Below, piece after piece: positions 18,646 through 30,100 of a stretch of DNA of 64,000 nt. Origin of the DNA: Macrostomum lignano (lineage: Eukaryota); assembly GCA_002269645.1 (NCBI GenBank), contig NIVC01000839.1, positions 186,001 to 250,000 on the forward strand, given 5' to 3'. Position numbers and translations under genes: made by a program. The notes beneath the pieces were generated by a model. The model had not been told where the DNA came from and made no database searches. It was given only the letters and a program-made list of their open reading frames with translations. Each line of letters opens with the position of its first letter. Within the stretch, counting starts at the first letter, position 1.

Positions 18646-18984
18646 GCGCTCCAGGAGTACTTTATCGGACTACAGTAGAATTCCAGAGGACTCCCTGGAA
18701 ACTAAAAAGGTGCTAAAAAATTCATTATGACCAAGAAAAAAGAGAAATGGTCTTCCGAGTATCAATATTTTTATCAGGCATAACTTTGGATTAAAGATGG
18801 GCAGAGGTTTTAAAGCAACTGCCTGACTGTGACATGCGCCTCGGAATTATTTATGGGCATGCTTATAGGAACATAAAATATCATGGTAAATATACTTAAA
18901 AATTATTGACAAGACTAAAAGTGCTAAGCTGAGCATGATCTACATGTACATGTAGTGCTGTTCGAATTTCACAGTGCTGATTGC

Positions 18985-20300
18985 AGCAGTAGCGGAGTGA
19001 CACTGAGAGTGCTCACTAATATCAGAGTGACAATCATAGTGCTTACTAATATCGGAGTGACACTGAGAGTGCTCACTAATATCAGAGTGACAATCATAGT
19101 GCTCAATATCAGAGTGACAATCATAGTGCTTACTAATATCAGAGTGACACTGAGAGTGCTCACTAATATCAGAGTGACAATCATAGTGCTTACTAATATC
19201 AGAGTGACACTGAGAGTGCTCACTAATATCAGAGTGACAATCATAGTGCTTACTAATATCAGAGTGACACTGAGAGTGCTCACTAATATCAGAGTGACAA
19301 TCATAGTGCTCACTAATATCAGAGTGACAATCATAGTGCTCACTAATATCAGAGTGACAATCATAGTGCTCACTAATATCAGAGTGACAATCATAGTGCT
19401 TACTAATATCGGAGTGACACTGAGAGTGCTCACTAATATCAGAGTGACAATCATAGTGCTCAATATCAGAGTGACAATCATAGTGCTTACTAATATCAGA
19501 GTGACACTGAGAGTGCTCACTAATATCAGAGTGACAATCATAGTGCTTACTAATATCAGAGTGACACTGAGAGTGCTCACTAATATCAGAGTGACAATCA
19601 TAGTGCTCACTAATATCAGAGTGACAATCATAGTGCTCACTAATATCAGAGTGACAATCATAGTGCTCACTAATATCAGAGTGACAATCATAGTGCTTAC
19701 TAATATCGGAGTGACACTGAGAGTGCTCACTAATATCAGAGTGACAATCATAGTGCTCAATATCAGAGTGACAATCATAGTGCTTACTAATATCAGAGTG
19801 ACACTGAGAGTGCTCACTAATATCAGAGTGACAATCATAGTGCTCACTAATATCAGAGTGACAATCATGGTGCTCACTAATATCAGAGTGACAATCATAG
19901 TGCTTACTAATATCGGAGTGACACTGAGAGTGCTCACTAATATCAGAGTGACAATCATAGTGCTCACTAATATCGGAGTGACAATCATAGTGCTTACTAA
20001 TATCGGAGTGACACTGAGAGTGCTCACTAATATCAGAGTGACAATCATAGTGCTCACTAATATCAGAGTGACAATCATAGTGCTTACTAATATCGGAGTG
20101 ACACTGAGAGTGCTCACTAATATCAGAGTGACAATCATAGTGCACACTAATATCGGAGTGACAATCATAGTGCTTACTAATAGAGTATCAGAGTGACAAT
20201 AATAGTACTCACTAATATCAGAGTGACAATCAGAGTGCTCATTAACATCAGAGTGATAATCAAAGTGCTCACTAATATCGGAGTGACAATCAGAGTGCTC
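18985..20300. repeat. 30-bp minisatellite (tcactaatatcagagtgacaatcatagtgc) with two alternating variants
   Basis: ~44 copies; the 30-bp period explains the three long overlapping ORFs (HYDCHSDISE etc.). Confidence 0.96.
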
Positions 20301-20344
20301 TAGTTCTGAACAACCTACCCACCATACCCAAATAACATTGCTAG

Positions 20345-22495
20345 GCAAGCTCAAAGCCAACTCAAGCCGCACTCAGTCCGGACTCAGCAACATCAGCTAT
20401 CGAGAGCCTGGACGCGCGCTGCTCACGGCTGCATCGCAACCTGTTCGACTTCTACGTCTGCGTCAACAGGACGAACTATTTGGACATGCTTAAACAATTC
20501 CAACGCAACGTGGAAGAGTCGCGCGAATTTGAAGTTCCAATATTTGCTACTATTATCAGCGTGTACTGCCTGTTCATATTGTTCGGGCTGTTTGGCAACG
20601 GAATGGTCATTCTGACTGTCTGGCGCAATCGGTCAATGCGAAATGCGCGCAACATTTTTATTGTCAATTTGGCTGTGTCGGATTTTATTTTATGCCTGCT
20701 GACTCAGCCGATGAATATAATGCGATTGTTTCCTAATTTCATCAGCTGGGAGTTCGGCCGACTGCTCTGCAAAGTTGTCAACACCCTGACTGGATTGAAT
20801 ATGTTTGTGTCCACCTTCTCCATTACGGCTATAGCGCTGGACAGGTTTCAGGTTGGTTTCTGGTTGTATTTTGTTTTGGGGGTGAGAAGACAGGGGCGTC
20901 AGAGGGAAGGAAGAGGGGGGAAGAGGGGAGGAAGAGGGGAGGAAGAGGAGGGGAATAGGAGGGGAAGAGGAGGGGAAGAGGAGGAAGAGGGGAGGAAGAG
21001 GAGGGGAAGAGGAGGGGAAGGGGGAGGAAGAGGAGGGGAGGAAGAGGGGAGGAAGAGGGGAGGAAGAGGGGAGGAAGAGGGGAGGAAGAGGGGAGGAAGA
21101 GGAGGGGAAGAGGAGGGGAAGAGGGAAGGAAGAGGAGAGGAAGAGGAGGGGAAGAGGGAAGGAAGAGGAGAGGAAGAGGAGGGGAAGAGGAGAGGAAGAG
21201 GAGGGGAAGGGGGAGGAAGAGGAGAGGAAGAGGAGAGGAAGAGGAGGGGAGGAAGAGGGGAGGAAGAGAGGATGAAAAGGAGGGGGAAGCGGGAAAACAA
21301 GGAAGAGTGGAGAGAGGGATACTGCCATAGACTGTAGACACTGCAGTTACTCATACAGCTACCAGTAGTGAACGCAACAGACTCAGTCTACATACATTCT
21401 TGCAAATACTTGTACTATCTAACAAAACAGACAAATTAACTTTTCAAGCCAACCCCACTTTCCCAACACGCGCAGGTGATAGTTTACCCAACTAGGACCC
21501 GGATGAGCCGGCACGCCATGACCCTCTGTCTGGCCGCTATCTGGGGCTCAGCAGGTCTGATGGCAAGCCCGCTGGCACTGTTCGCCGACATCCAACACCA
21601 CCCGATCAATTTTGGTCGCGATTTCAACGCCCGGGTGAACAAGATCTGCAGCGAGATCACTACCAGGATATTTGTGAAGTACGCTAAACTGGCCTACAGC
21701 AGTGGAGTACTGGTTGTGCAGTACCTCGTACCTCTGGGCATTGTGGTGGCAGCTTACACAAGAATCTGCGTTCGGTTGCGTCACCGAATGAAGTCGATGC
21801 GGGACCAGCAGGGCGAGCAGAAGCAGAAGACTCCGCAGCAGCCTGTGTCAGCATATCGTAAAAATCGTCAAGCCGCTGAAGCACTTCGTCAGAGACGAGC
21901 CAACCGGTTGTTGGTCACCATCGCCATCGTATTCTGCCTTTCCTGGCTGCCGCTCACCATAGTGAACATTGTGCACGACTTTCGCGTTCTCAAAGTTAAA
22001 GAAGAATTCGAACGAGAAGACGAGCTCAACGCAATTATTCGACAGCAAAACAAGTCGTTCCCTAAGCCGACGTTCAATGAAGGGTTGAGCATTGGTAACT
22101 TGACGATGAATTCGAACTTTCGAGTCGGTTTAGACAGCGCAAGAGGTGCTAACAGCGATGTCAAGGGTGGCTCAACGTCATCTAAGAGTTCTCAACTAGC
22201 TGTGGCAGCGTCTCAAAGCATCCCACTGCTTCTGGTGCTGGTGTCCGCCTGCCTGAATCCGGTGTTTTACGGCTGGTTCAATGAGAACTTTCAATCCGAG
22301 TTCTACCGGCTGCTCTGCTTGAATCGGTTGGCCCGAGCTGGGCCCAGGTTCCGGGCTAGCAACGGGAGTCGGCAGAGAGATGAGCAGCCTCAGCAGCAAC
22401 TGCAGCAGCAGCCCGGTATACCCCTGATTGTGCTCCCAGATGGTAACGATGAACAGCAAACTGATCAGGATTCAATTGTGGCTATTGATAGATAG
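20345..22495 (+). CDS. Class A GPCR, neuropeptide Y/F receptor-like
   Basis: Exons 20345-20851 and 21476-22495. TM motifs GLFGNGMVI, RNARNIFIVNLAVSD, CKVV, STFSITAIALDRFQVIVYP, QYLVPLGIVVAAYTRI, RRANRLLVTIAIVFCLSWLP, ACLNPVFYGWFNENFQSEF. Start codon uncertain: a possible upstream exon 16388-16420 (ATG GAA ATG|gtacgt) or the internal ATG at 20486. Confidence 0.92.
20895..21290. repeat. purine-rich GGA/GAG low-complexity tract in GPCR intron
   Basis: Between donor 20852 and acceptor 21475; source of the GEEEGRK and PLPLLFLPSS ORFs. Confidence 0.93.
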
Positions 22496-22809
22496 ATGAT
22501 GAAAGACATAGACACAATTTCTGAGACTTTCTCGATCAGGGATCGAGCTTGTGACAATCTGAAATGAGACGGTTGGATATTTCAGATACCGATACGGAAT
22601 ATAGAAAACAAGAACCCGCGATTCACCATGCGTCAGGCTTGAATTATAGCGTACAACATTTAATGGATGCTTTTTGCACCGCTTATCTTGTTACACTCGA
22701 TCAGAACCATTGAAAAGTGAGCACCCATTTTTGTCTGGTCGCAATGAGAGTCACAGATGTTCTGTGGTTTGAACTCTTAGCTTGTACGTCACTCCTGTTT
22801 CTTGGTTGG

Positions 22810-23305
22810 CGCCCCTTCTCTTGGGTATGCGCCCCTGTCTGTTGGTGGGCGCTCCTGTCTCTTGATGGGCGCTCCTGTCGGTTGGTTGACGCCCCTGTCT
22901 CTTGGTGGGCGCTCCTGTCTGTTGGTTGACGCCCCTGTCTCTTGGTGGGCGCTCCTGTCTGTTGGTTGACGCCCCTGTCTCTTGGTGGGCGCTCCTGTCT
23001 GTTGGTTGACGCCCCTGTCTCTTGGTGGGCGCTCCTGTCTGTTGGTTGACGCCCCTGTCTCTTGGTGGGCGCTCCTGTCTGTTGGTTGACGCCCCTGTCT
23101 CTTGATGGGCGCTCCTGTCGGTTGGTTGACGCCCCTGTCTCTTGGTGGGCGCTCCTGTCTGTTGGTTGACGCCCCTGTCTCTTGGTGGGCGCTCCTGTCT
23201 GTTGGTTGACGCCCCTGTCTCGTGATGGGCGCTCCTGTCGGTTGGTTGACGCCCCTGTCTCTTGGTGGGCGCTCCTGTCTCTTAGTGGACGCCCCTGTCT
23301 CTTGG
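22810..23305. repeat. 40-bp minisatellite made of two related 20-bp halves
   Basis: gttggttgacgcccctgtct + cttggtgggcgctcctgtct, ~12 copies. Confidence 0.95.
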
Positions 23306-24019
23306 GCCGGTGGATGCCACATCCAAAAATAGTAGCTCTTGTCATTTGTCTAGTTTGGCTTACCTTTTCAATCTACGAGGTGTCAGAAATACATGTATTT
23401 AACGAAATTTTCTGCTTTAAAATGACGCCATATTTATATCGCTGCTACCGTGTTTTGCTCCGGGATTAAAAGTGTGAGAACTTTCCGGACACATATAGCA
23501 GTTGTCGTGTAAGCCACATTACTGGGCCTGCGTCAATCTTCTTTGAATTATTATCGAAAACTTTGTTAGGATCAAACGTCCTTGAAATTTTACGAATGCA
23601 CCGTACGCGGATCTCTGTCAAGGACCAGCCCCCCCCTCCTGGCAGTAAGGGGTCGCTTTGCGATTGACCAAATTAAAGGAATTTTTTGCAAATCTTATTT
23701 CCCAACCCCGACTATTTATGCTGATGGATATTATAATATTGTTTACGTAAGCCAGAATGTTATGCTCAGTGACTGACTCTACACTTATAATAATGTCACA
23801 ATTAGAAATTAAGGTGTTTTTGTGCCCTTCGTTCATTGTCCAATCAGTAAAGTATATGTGATAGCAAATGTATACTGGTAGCCTACGTTAAAAATATTTT
23901 AATAACTTGTTCTCTAAATTGTTCACATTTGCCATGTGAACAATTTTGCCAATTTAGCCAATGCAAATTACAATTAAGAACGATTCTGTGTTTTTAAACG
24001 GCGAATCTCCTGATCAATT

Positions 24020-25835
24020 AATGACGATTCTGTGTTTTAACGGCGATTCTCATTGTGATCAACTAATGACAATTCTCAGGGCTGTTTAGTGACAATTCTC
24101 AGGGTTGTTTAAGGGCAATTCTTAGGGTTGTTTAATGGCGATTCTCAGGGTTGTTTAAGGGCGATTCTCAGGCTTGTTTAAAGGCGATTCTCAGGGTTGT
24201 TTAATGGCGATTCTCAGGTTGTATAAGGGCGACTCTTAGGGTTGTTTAAGGGCGATTCTGAGGGTTGTTTAATGGCGACTCTTAGGGTTGTTTAAGGGCG
24301 ATTCTGAGGGTTGTTTAATGGCGATTCTGAGGGTTGTTTAAGGGTGATTCTCAGGGTTGTTTAATGGCGATTCTGAGGGTTGTTTAATGGCGATTCTGAG
24401 GGTTGTTTAATGGCGATTCTCAGGTTGTTTAAGGGCAATTCTTAGGGTTGTTTAGGGGCGATTCTGAGAATTGTTTAATGGCGATTCTCAGGTTGTTTAA
24501 TGACGATTCTCAGGGTTGTTTAATGGCGACTCTCAGGTTTGTTTAATGGCGACTCTCAGGGTTGTTTAGTGGCGACTCTCAGGGTCGTTTAATGACGATT
24601 CTCAGGGTTGTTTAAGGGCGACTCTCAGGGTTGTTTAGGGGCGATTCTGAGAATTGTTTAATGGCGATTCTCAGGGTTGTTTAATGGCGATTCTGAGGGT
24701 TGTTTAATGGCGATTCTGAGGGTTGTTTAATGGCGATTCTCAGGTTGTTTAAGGGCAATTCTTAGGGTTGTTTAGGGGCGATTCTGAGAATTGTTTAATG
24801 GCGATTCTCAGGGTTGTTTAATGGCGACTCTCAGGTTTGTTTAATGGCGACTCTCAGGGTTGTTTAGTGGCGACTCTCAGGGTCGTTTAATGACGATTCT
24901 CAGGGTTGTTTAAGGGCGACTCTCAGGGTTGTTTAGGGGCGATTCTGAGAATTGTTTAATGGCGATTCTCAGGGTTGTTTAATGGCGATTCTGAGGGTTG
25001 TTTAATGGCGATTCTGAGAATTGTTTAATGGCGATTCTCAGGTTGTTTAATGACGATTCTCAGGGTTGTTTAATGGCGACTCTCAGGTTTGTTTAATGGC
25101 GACTCTCAGGGTTGTTTAGTGGCGACTCTCAGGGTCGTTTAATGACGATTCTCAGGGTTGTTTAAGGGCGACTCTCAGGGTTGTTTAGGGGCGATTCTGA
25201 GAATTGTTTAATGGCGATTCTCAGGGTTGTTTAATGGCGATTCTGAGGGTTGTTTAATGGCGATTCTGAGGGTTGTTTAATGGCGATTCTCAGGTTGTTT
25301 AAGGGCAATTCTTAGGGTTGTTTAGGGGCGATTCTGAGAATTGTTTAATGGCGATTCTCAGGGTTGTTTAATGGCGACTCTCAGGTTTGTTTAATGGCGA
25401 CTCTCAGGGTTGTTTAGTGGCGACTCTCAGGGTCGTTTAATGACGATTCTCAGGGTTGTTTAAGGGCGACTCTCAGGGTTGTTTAGGGGCGATTCTGAGA
25501 ATTGTTTAATGGCGATTCTCAGGGTTGTTTAATGGCGATTCTGAGGGTTGTTTAATGGCGATTCTGAGGGTTGTTTAATGGCGATTCTCAGGTTGTTTAA
25601 TGGCGATTCTCAGGTTGTTTAATGACGATTCTCAGGGTTGTTTAATGGCGATTCTGAGGGTTGTTTAATGGCGATTCTGAGGGTTGTTTAATGGCGATTC
25701 TCAGGTTGTTTAATGGCGATTCTCAGGTTGTTTAATGGCGACTCTCAGGTTTGTTTAATGGCGACTCTCAGGGTTGTTTAAGGGCGACTCTCAGGCTGTT
25801 TAAGAGGGATTCTCAGGGTTGTTGAAGGGCGATTC
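24020..25835. repeat. 22-23 bp minisatellite (ttgtttaatggcgattctcaggg) with higher-order repeats
   Basis: ~80 copies; runs of variants recur as multi-unit blocks. Confidence 0.96.
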
Positions 25836-26494
25836 TTGAAAAAAATCCGAATAACAACACGCAAATTAAAAGTAGCCTCAAGTGAAATATTCAATTTCGA
25901 GTTATTCAACATTTCTAACAGAAAAAGAAACATTAGGAGCCTTGTAACACACTGGTGTATTAAATGATAACTGATACTAGCGCACATAAATTTTCAGACC
26001 CTATAAGACAGACTACTGAAGTCAGTAGGCGGAACAGAAATAATAACATTAATTTTATAAATTTAATTACTAAATTCTGCTAACGAAGAATATATGTCAC
26101 AAAAAACGAATTCGAGGCACTAGAAGCTAAAATGAAATAATTTGTGCAATTATATTTAGTTAACAAAATTATTGGAATATTTCTTCTGAAGCCAACATAA
26201 AGGGGTGCGCGTTACCACTTTAACTATATCAGCTATTCTAAACAGGGTCTGAAGTCTGAATGACGTCATAAAACAGAAACATGAGCTCTGATGGTATTTA
26301 GAAATTCTTTAAAGCCAACGAAAGAAGCTAGAAATTCTTTAACAAATTGTGCTCCTATGATGCCATTATGATCCCATGCAATAAAGTCACTATAACGAAA
26401 ACTATACTATTGTATAATTATATAACACAGGGTTTGTCACCGTAGCATATAATAAATAATTTTAACTAAAAAATGTTACTAAGCTACTAACCCA

Positions 26495-26930
26495 ATGACG
26501 TCACTAAGAAACAAACAACTTCACTAAACTACGAGTATTATGCTGATGTCGTCACCAGAACCCAATTTGTCATCACTATAACCATGACGTGAGTAAAACC
26601 ATAATGACGTCACTAGAACCCTAATGGCGTCACTTAAACCATAATGACGTCACTAGAACCCGAATGACGTCACGATAACACCCTAATGACGTCACGATAA
26701 CACCCTAATGACGTCACCAGAACCCTAATGACGTCACTAGAACCCTAATGACGTCACTAGAACCCTAATGTCACTACAACCTTAATGACGTCAGTAGAAC
26801 CCTAATGATGACACTAGTACCTCAATGACATCACTAGAACCTCAATGGCATCACTAGAACCATGACGGCACTATAACCATAATGACGTCAATAGAACCCT
26901 AATGACGTCACTACAACCTTAATGACGCAA
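26495..26930. repeat. ~20-bp degenerate minisatellite carrying TGACGTCA palindromes
   Basis: aaccctaatgacgtcactag-type units; about 11 perfect TGACGTCA occurrences counted by eye. Confidence 0.9.
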
Positions 26931-27175
26931 CACTAGTACAAATGACCTCAAACAAAAGCACCGATTACATTATTGGAGCTCTCTAAATACGTCATTAAGA
27001 AAAATCCAACGTCGTCATGACGTCGTTGAGATACGAAATTAATGCCCCAATTAGAATTCCAACAATGTGACAAAAGATGATAACTTATATACTATTAGCA
27101 GGGCCTAGGATTTCAAGATATTTATCATTTTGATAAAAATAATCAATTAATTAGAGCGCCTAATAATGACAGCTA

Positions 27176-30100
27176 CTATTCAGAGTCAGCTAGTCCCGGC
27201 AGCCGATGCTGAGTAGCCGCATCCAAGCCCATAGCGGCGGCCAGTGAGCACAGCGCCGAGGCGGTCTGTCGAGCCTCCAGGTGGGCTCGCGCGTCTCGGA
27301 TCCAGTCGTCAGCCAGCAGCCGAGCCATGCCAGGCAGGCGGGCCATCGCTCTGACGGCGGTCTCTAGATCGTCCCGATCGTTCAGAGCGGCCTCGGCCGT
27401 GTCCAACCAATCGAACAGGCTGGGCGGGTTTTGAGGATCAACCGGATCTTCGGGTTTTAGAGGCTTAGCCGCTCGGCGAAGCATGAGCGAGGCCTGACAG
27501 TTGGGATGGGATTGAGTAATTGTTTGATTGCACTACTTATAGTAAATATATAAGAAAAATTTGTAAATGATGAAAAAAGAAAGAAATAAAATTATCGAAT
27601 ACACTACTAATAGTAAATGATGTTCAAGTCTTTTTGGATAAAGACATTTTAGGAATGCAGGTTTACAGATTAGGATGATTTAGGATTATGGGATTTAGGA
27701 TGGGGATTATCTAGGAGTATGGGATTTAGGATGAGGATTATCTAGGATTATGGGATTTAGGATGGGGATTATCTTGGGAGTGTGAGATTTAGATGGGGAT
27801 TATCTAGGAGTATGGGATTTAGGATGGGGATTATCTAGGATTATGGGATTTAGGATGGGGATTATCTAGGAGTATGGGATTTAGGATGGGGATTATCTAG
27901 GATTATGGGATTTAGGATGAGGATTATCTAGAAGTCTGTGATTTAGGATGGGGATAATCTAGAAGTATGGGATTTAGGATGGGGATTATCTTGGGAGTGT
28001 GAGATTTAGATGGGGATTATCTAGGAGTATGGGATTTAGGATGGGGATTATCTAGGATTATGGGATTTAGGATGGGGATTATCTAGGAGTATGGGATTTA
28101 GGATGGGGATTATCTAGGATTATGGGATTTAGGATGAGGATTATCTAGAAGTCTGTGATTTAGGATGGGGATAATCTAGGATTATGGGATTTAGGATGGG
28201 GATTAACTGGGAGTATGGGATTTAGGATGGGATTATCTAGGAGTATGGGATTTAGGATGGGGATTATCTAGGAGTATGGGATTTAGGATGGGGATTATCG
28301 GTGGATGAGATCCACTTTGATCTCCTCGTCTCTTATTCCTCACCTGCAAGCGGCTAACCAGATGAAGCCACAGGCTGCCGCCAGTCTCAGGTATCAGCGC
28401 GACCTGCGCGCAGGCCCTCCGGACACGAGCGAATCGAGTTACGAGGGCCTCCTCGCTGGCGACGGTGCAACGGGTCGGCAGGGCCGCGGTCAGAGCGCTG
28501 GCGGCGTCGTCCTGACCAAGGCGAGACGCCAGCGCCACGACGGCTTGCATTGGGGCGCGGAAATTCCTGCCAGAAGTCACGGCGTCTCGAAGACTGTGAG
28601 CGGCTAGCCAGAGCTGCTGGGCGCGTTGGGCGCTCTCCAGAGCCTCGGCCCGGCCTTCGACGGCTGACTCGACACCGCGTACTCGAGCGGTCCAACCCTT
28701 GCGGTTTGGGAGATTAGATGGTGAAATGTGTAGTGAGCTAGGCTGTAATAGGTAATCAGATTAGGTGTAATGTGTAATCAGATTAGGTGTAATATGTAAT
28801 CAGATTAGGTGTAATATGTAATTAGATTAGGTGTAATATGTAATCAGATTAGGTGTAATATGTAATCAGATTAGGTGTAATATGTAATCAGATTAGGTGT
28901 AATATGTAATTAGATTAGGTGTAATATGTAATCAGATTACGTAATACAAATGAGAATAGAAATTATTTATACCTGCAGAGCGGCCTCGAACTCCTCGTGC
29001 TCCTTGAGCAGGGCGGCCCGCAGCTCTGCCTGGTGCTCCCTAGTCAGCTGATCCCGCAAAGTCCTGGTCAGCTGGGTCACGTGATTTGTGTGAGCCGCCG
29101 CCTGCCTGCTCAACTCCTGCTGCAATTCCACTTCCCAAGATTCGCGCAGCTGTTGAGTCTGAAAATTAGAAAAAATAATCGAGATGGAGCAAATAAGCGC
29201 AAAGCTTCTATTTAACTAAATCTCAAAATATTATATCTAATCTCTGAAATTCATGCGCGTATACATTCTCGGAACAATTCCCTAATTAACAGTAATCCCA
29301 AAGTCCCGAATTCTAGAAACAACCAGAAAATAAACCCACAATCTCACAACCACAATCGAAGACAGAAATCCCAAAATCTCCCAACTGGAGGATAGAAATC
29401 CCGAAATCTCCCAACCTGAGGATAGAAATCCCGAAATCTCCCAACCTGAGGATAGAAATCCCGAAATCTCCCAACCTGAGGATAGAAATCCCAAAATCTC
29501 CCAACTGGAGGAAAGAAATCCCGATATCTCCCAACTGGAGGATAGAAATCCCAAAATCTCCCAACTGGAGGATAGAAGTCCCAAAATCTCCTAACCGGAG
29601 GATAGAAATCCCAAAATCTCCCAACTGGAGGATAGAAATTCCCCAAACATACTAGATAATTAGCAATGAGAAATAAACTCTCACAAGTTTCTTCTTCTCT
29701 TCCTCCCATTGCAGCATCTGCTGTTTGAGTTCTCGCTCAACCGCAGCCTCAGTCATTGCGGTCCCGGCAGCTGCGCTTTTATCAACAGCCTGTTGCACCA
29801 GGTGACGTTCGCGCTGTTCAAATTCTTCCACCTGCTTCTGTAGTGCCAGAATCTTTGAATGCGCGTGAGCGATCAACAACTGGAGGTCCTCGCGACTGAG
29901 GTCGGCATCTGGAAAAAATTATATAGGTAAAAACTAATTAGATGACGACGTATTTTTGCAGTCATAGAGTTGTATAGTTACTCCTCCTGTGTACTTTTCT
30001 AAGAACTAAACTTTAAGGCGATTTTCTAATACTCGTAGTACAAGCGTAGCTATAAACACAGGAGATTCTAAAAGTACATTAGGGGCGATTTTCCAATAGT

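Noticed and set aside
18940-20372. HYDCHSDISE Cys/His-rich 401-aa ORF suggesting a metal-binding repeat protein
   Set aside because: The 30-bp unit keeps several frames open on both strands simultaneously, which is typical of a non-coding minisatellite; no splice link to a gene.
23373-23610. Mariner-like MITE starting tacgaggtgtca
   Set aside because: No convincing matching right TIR found.
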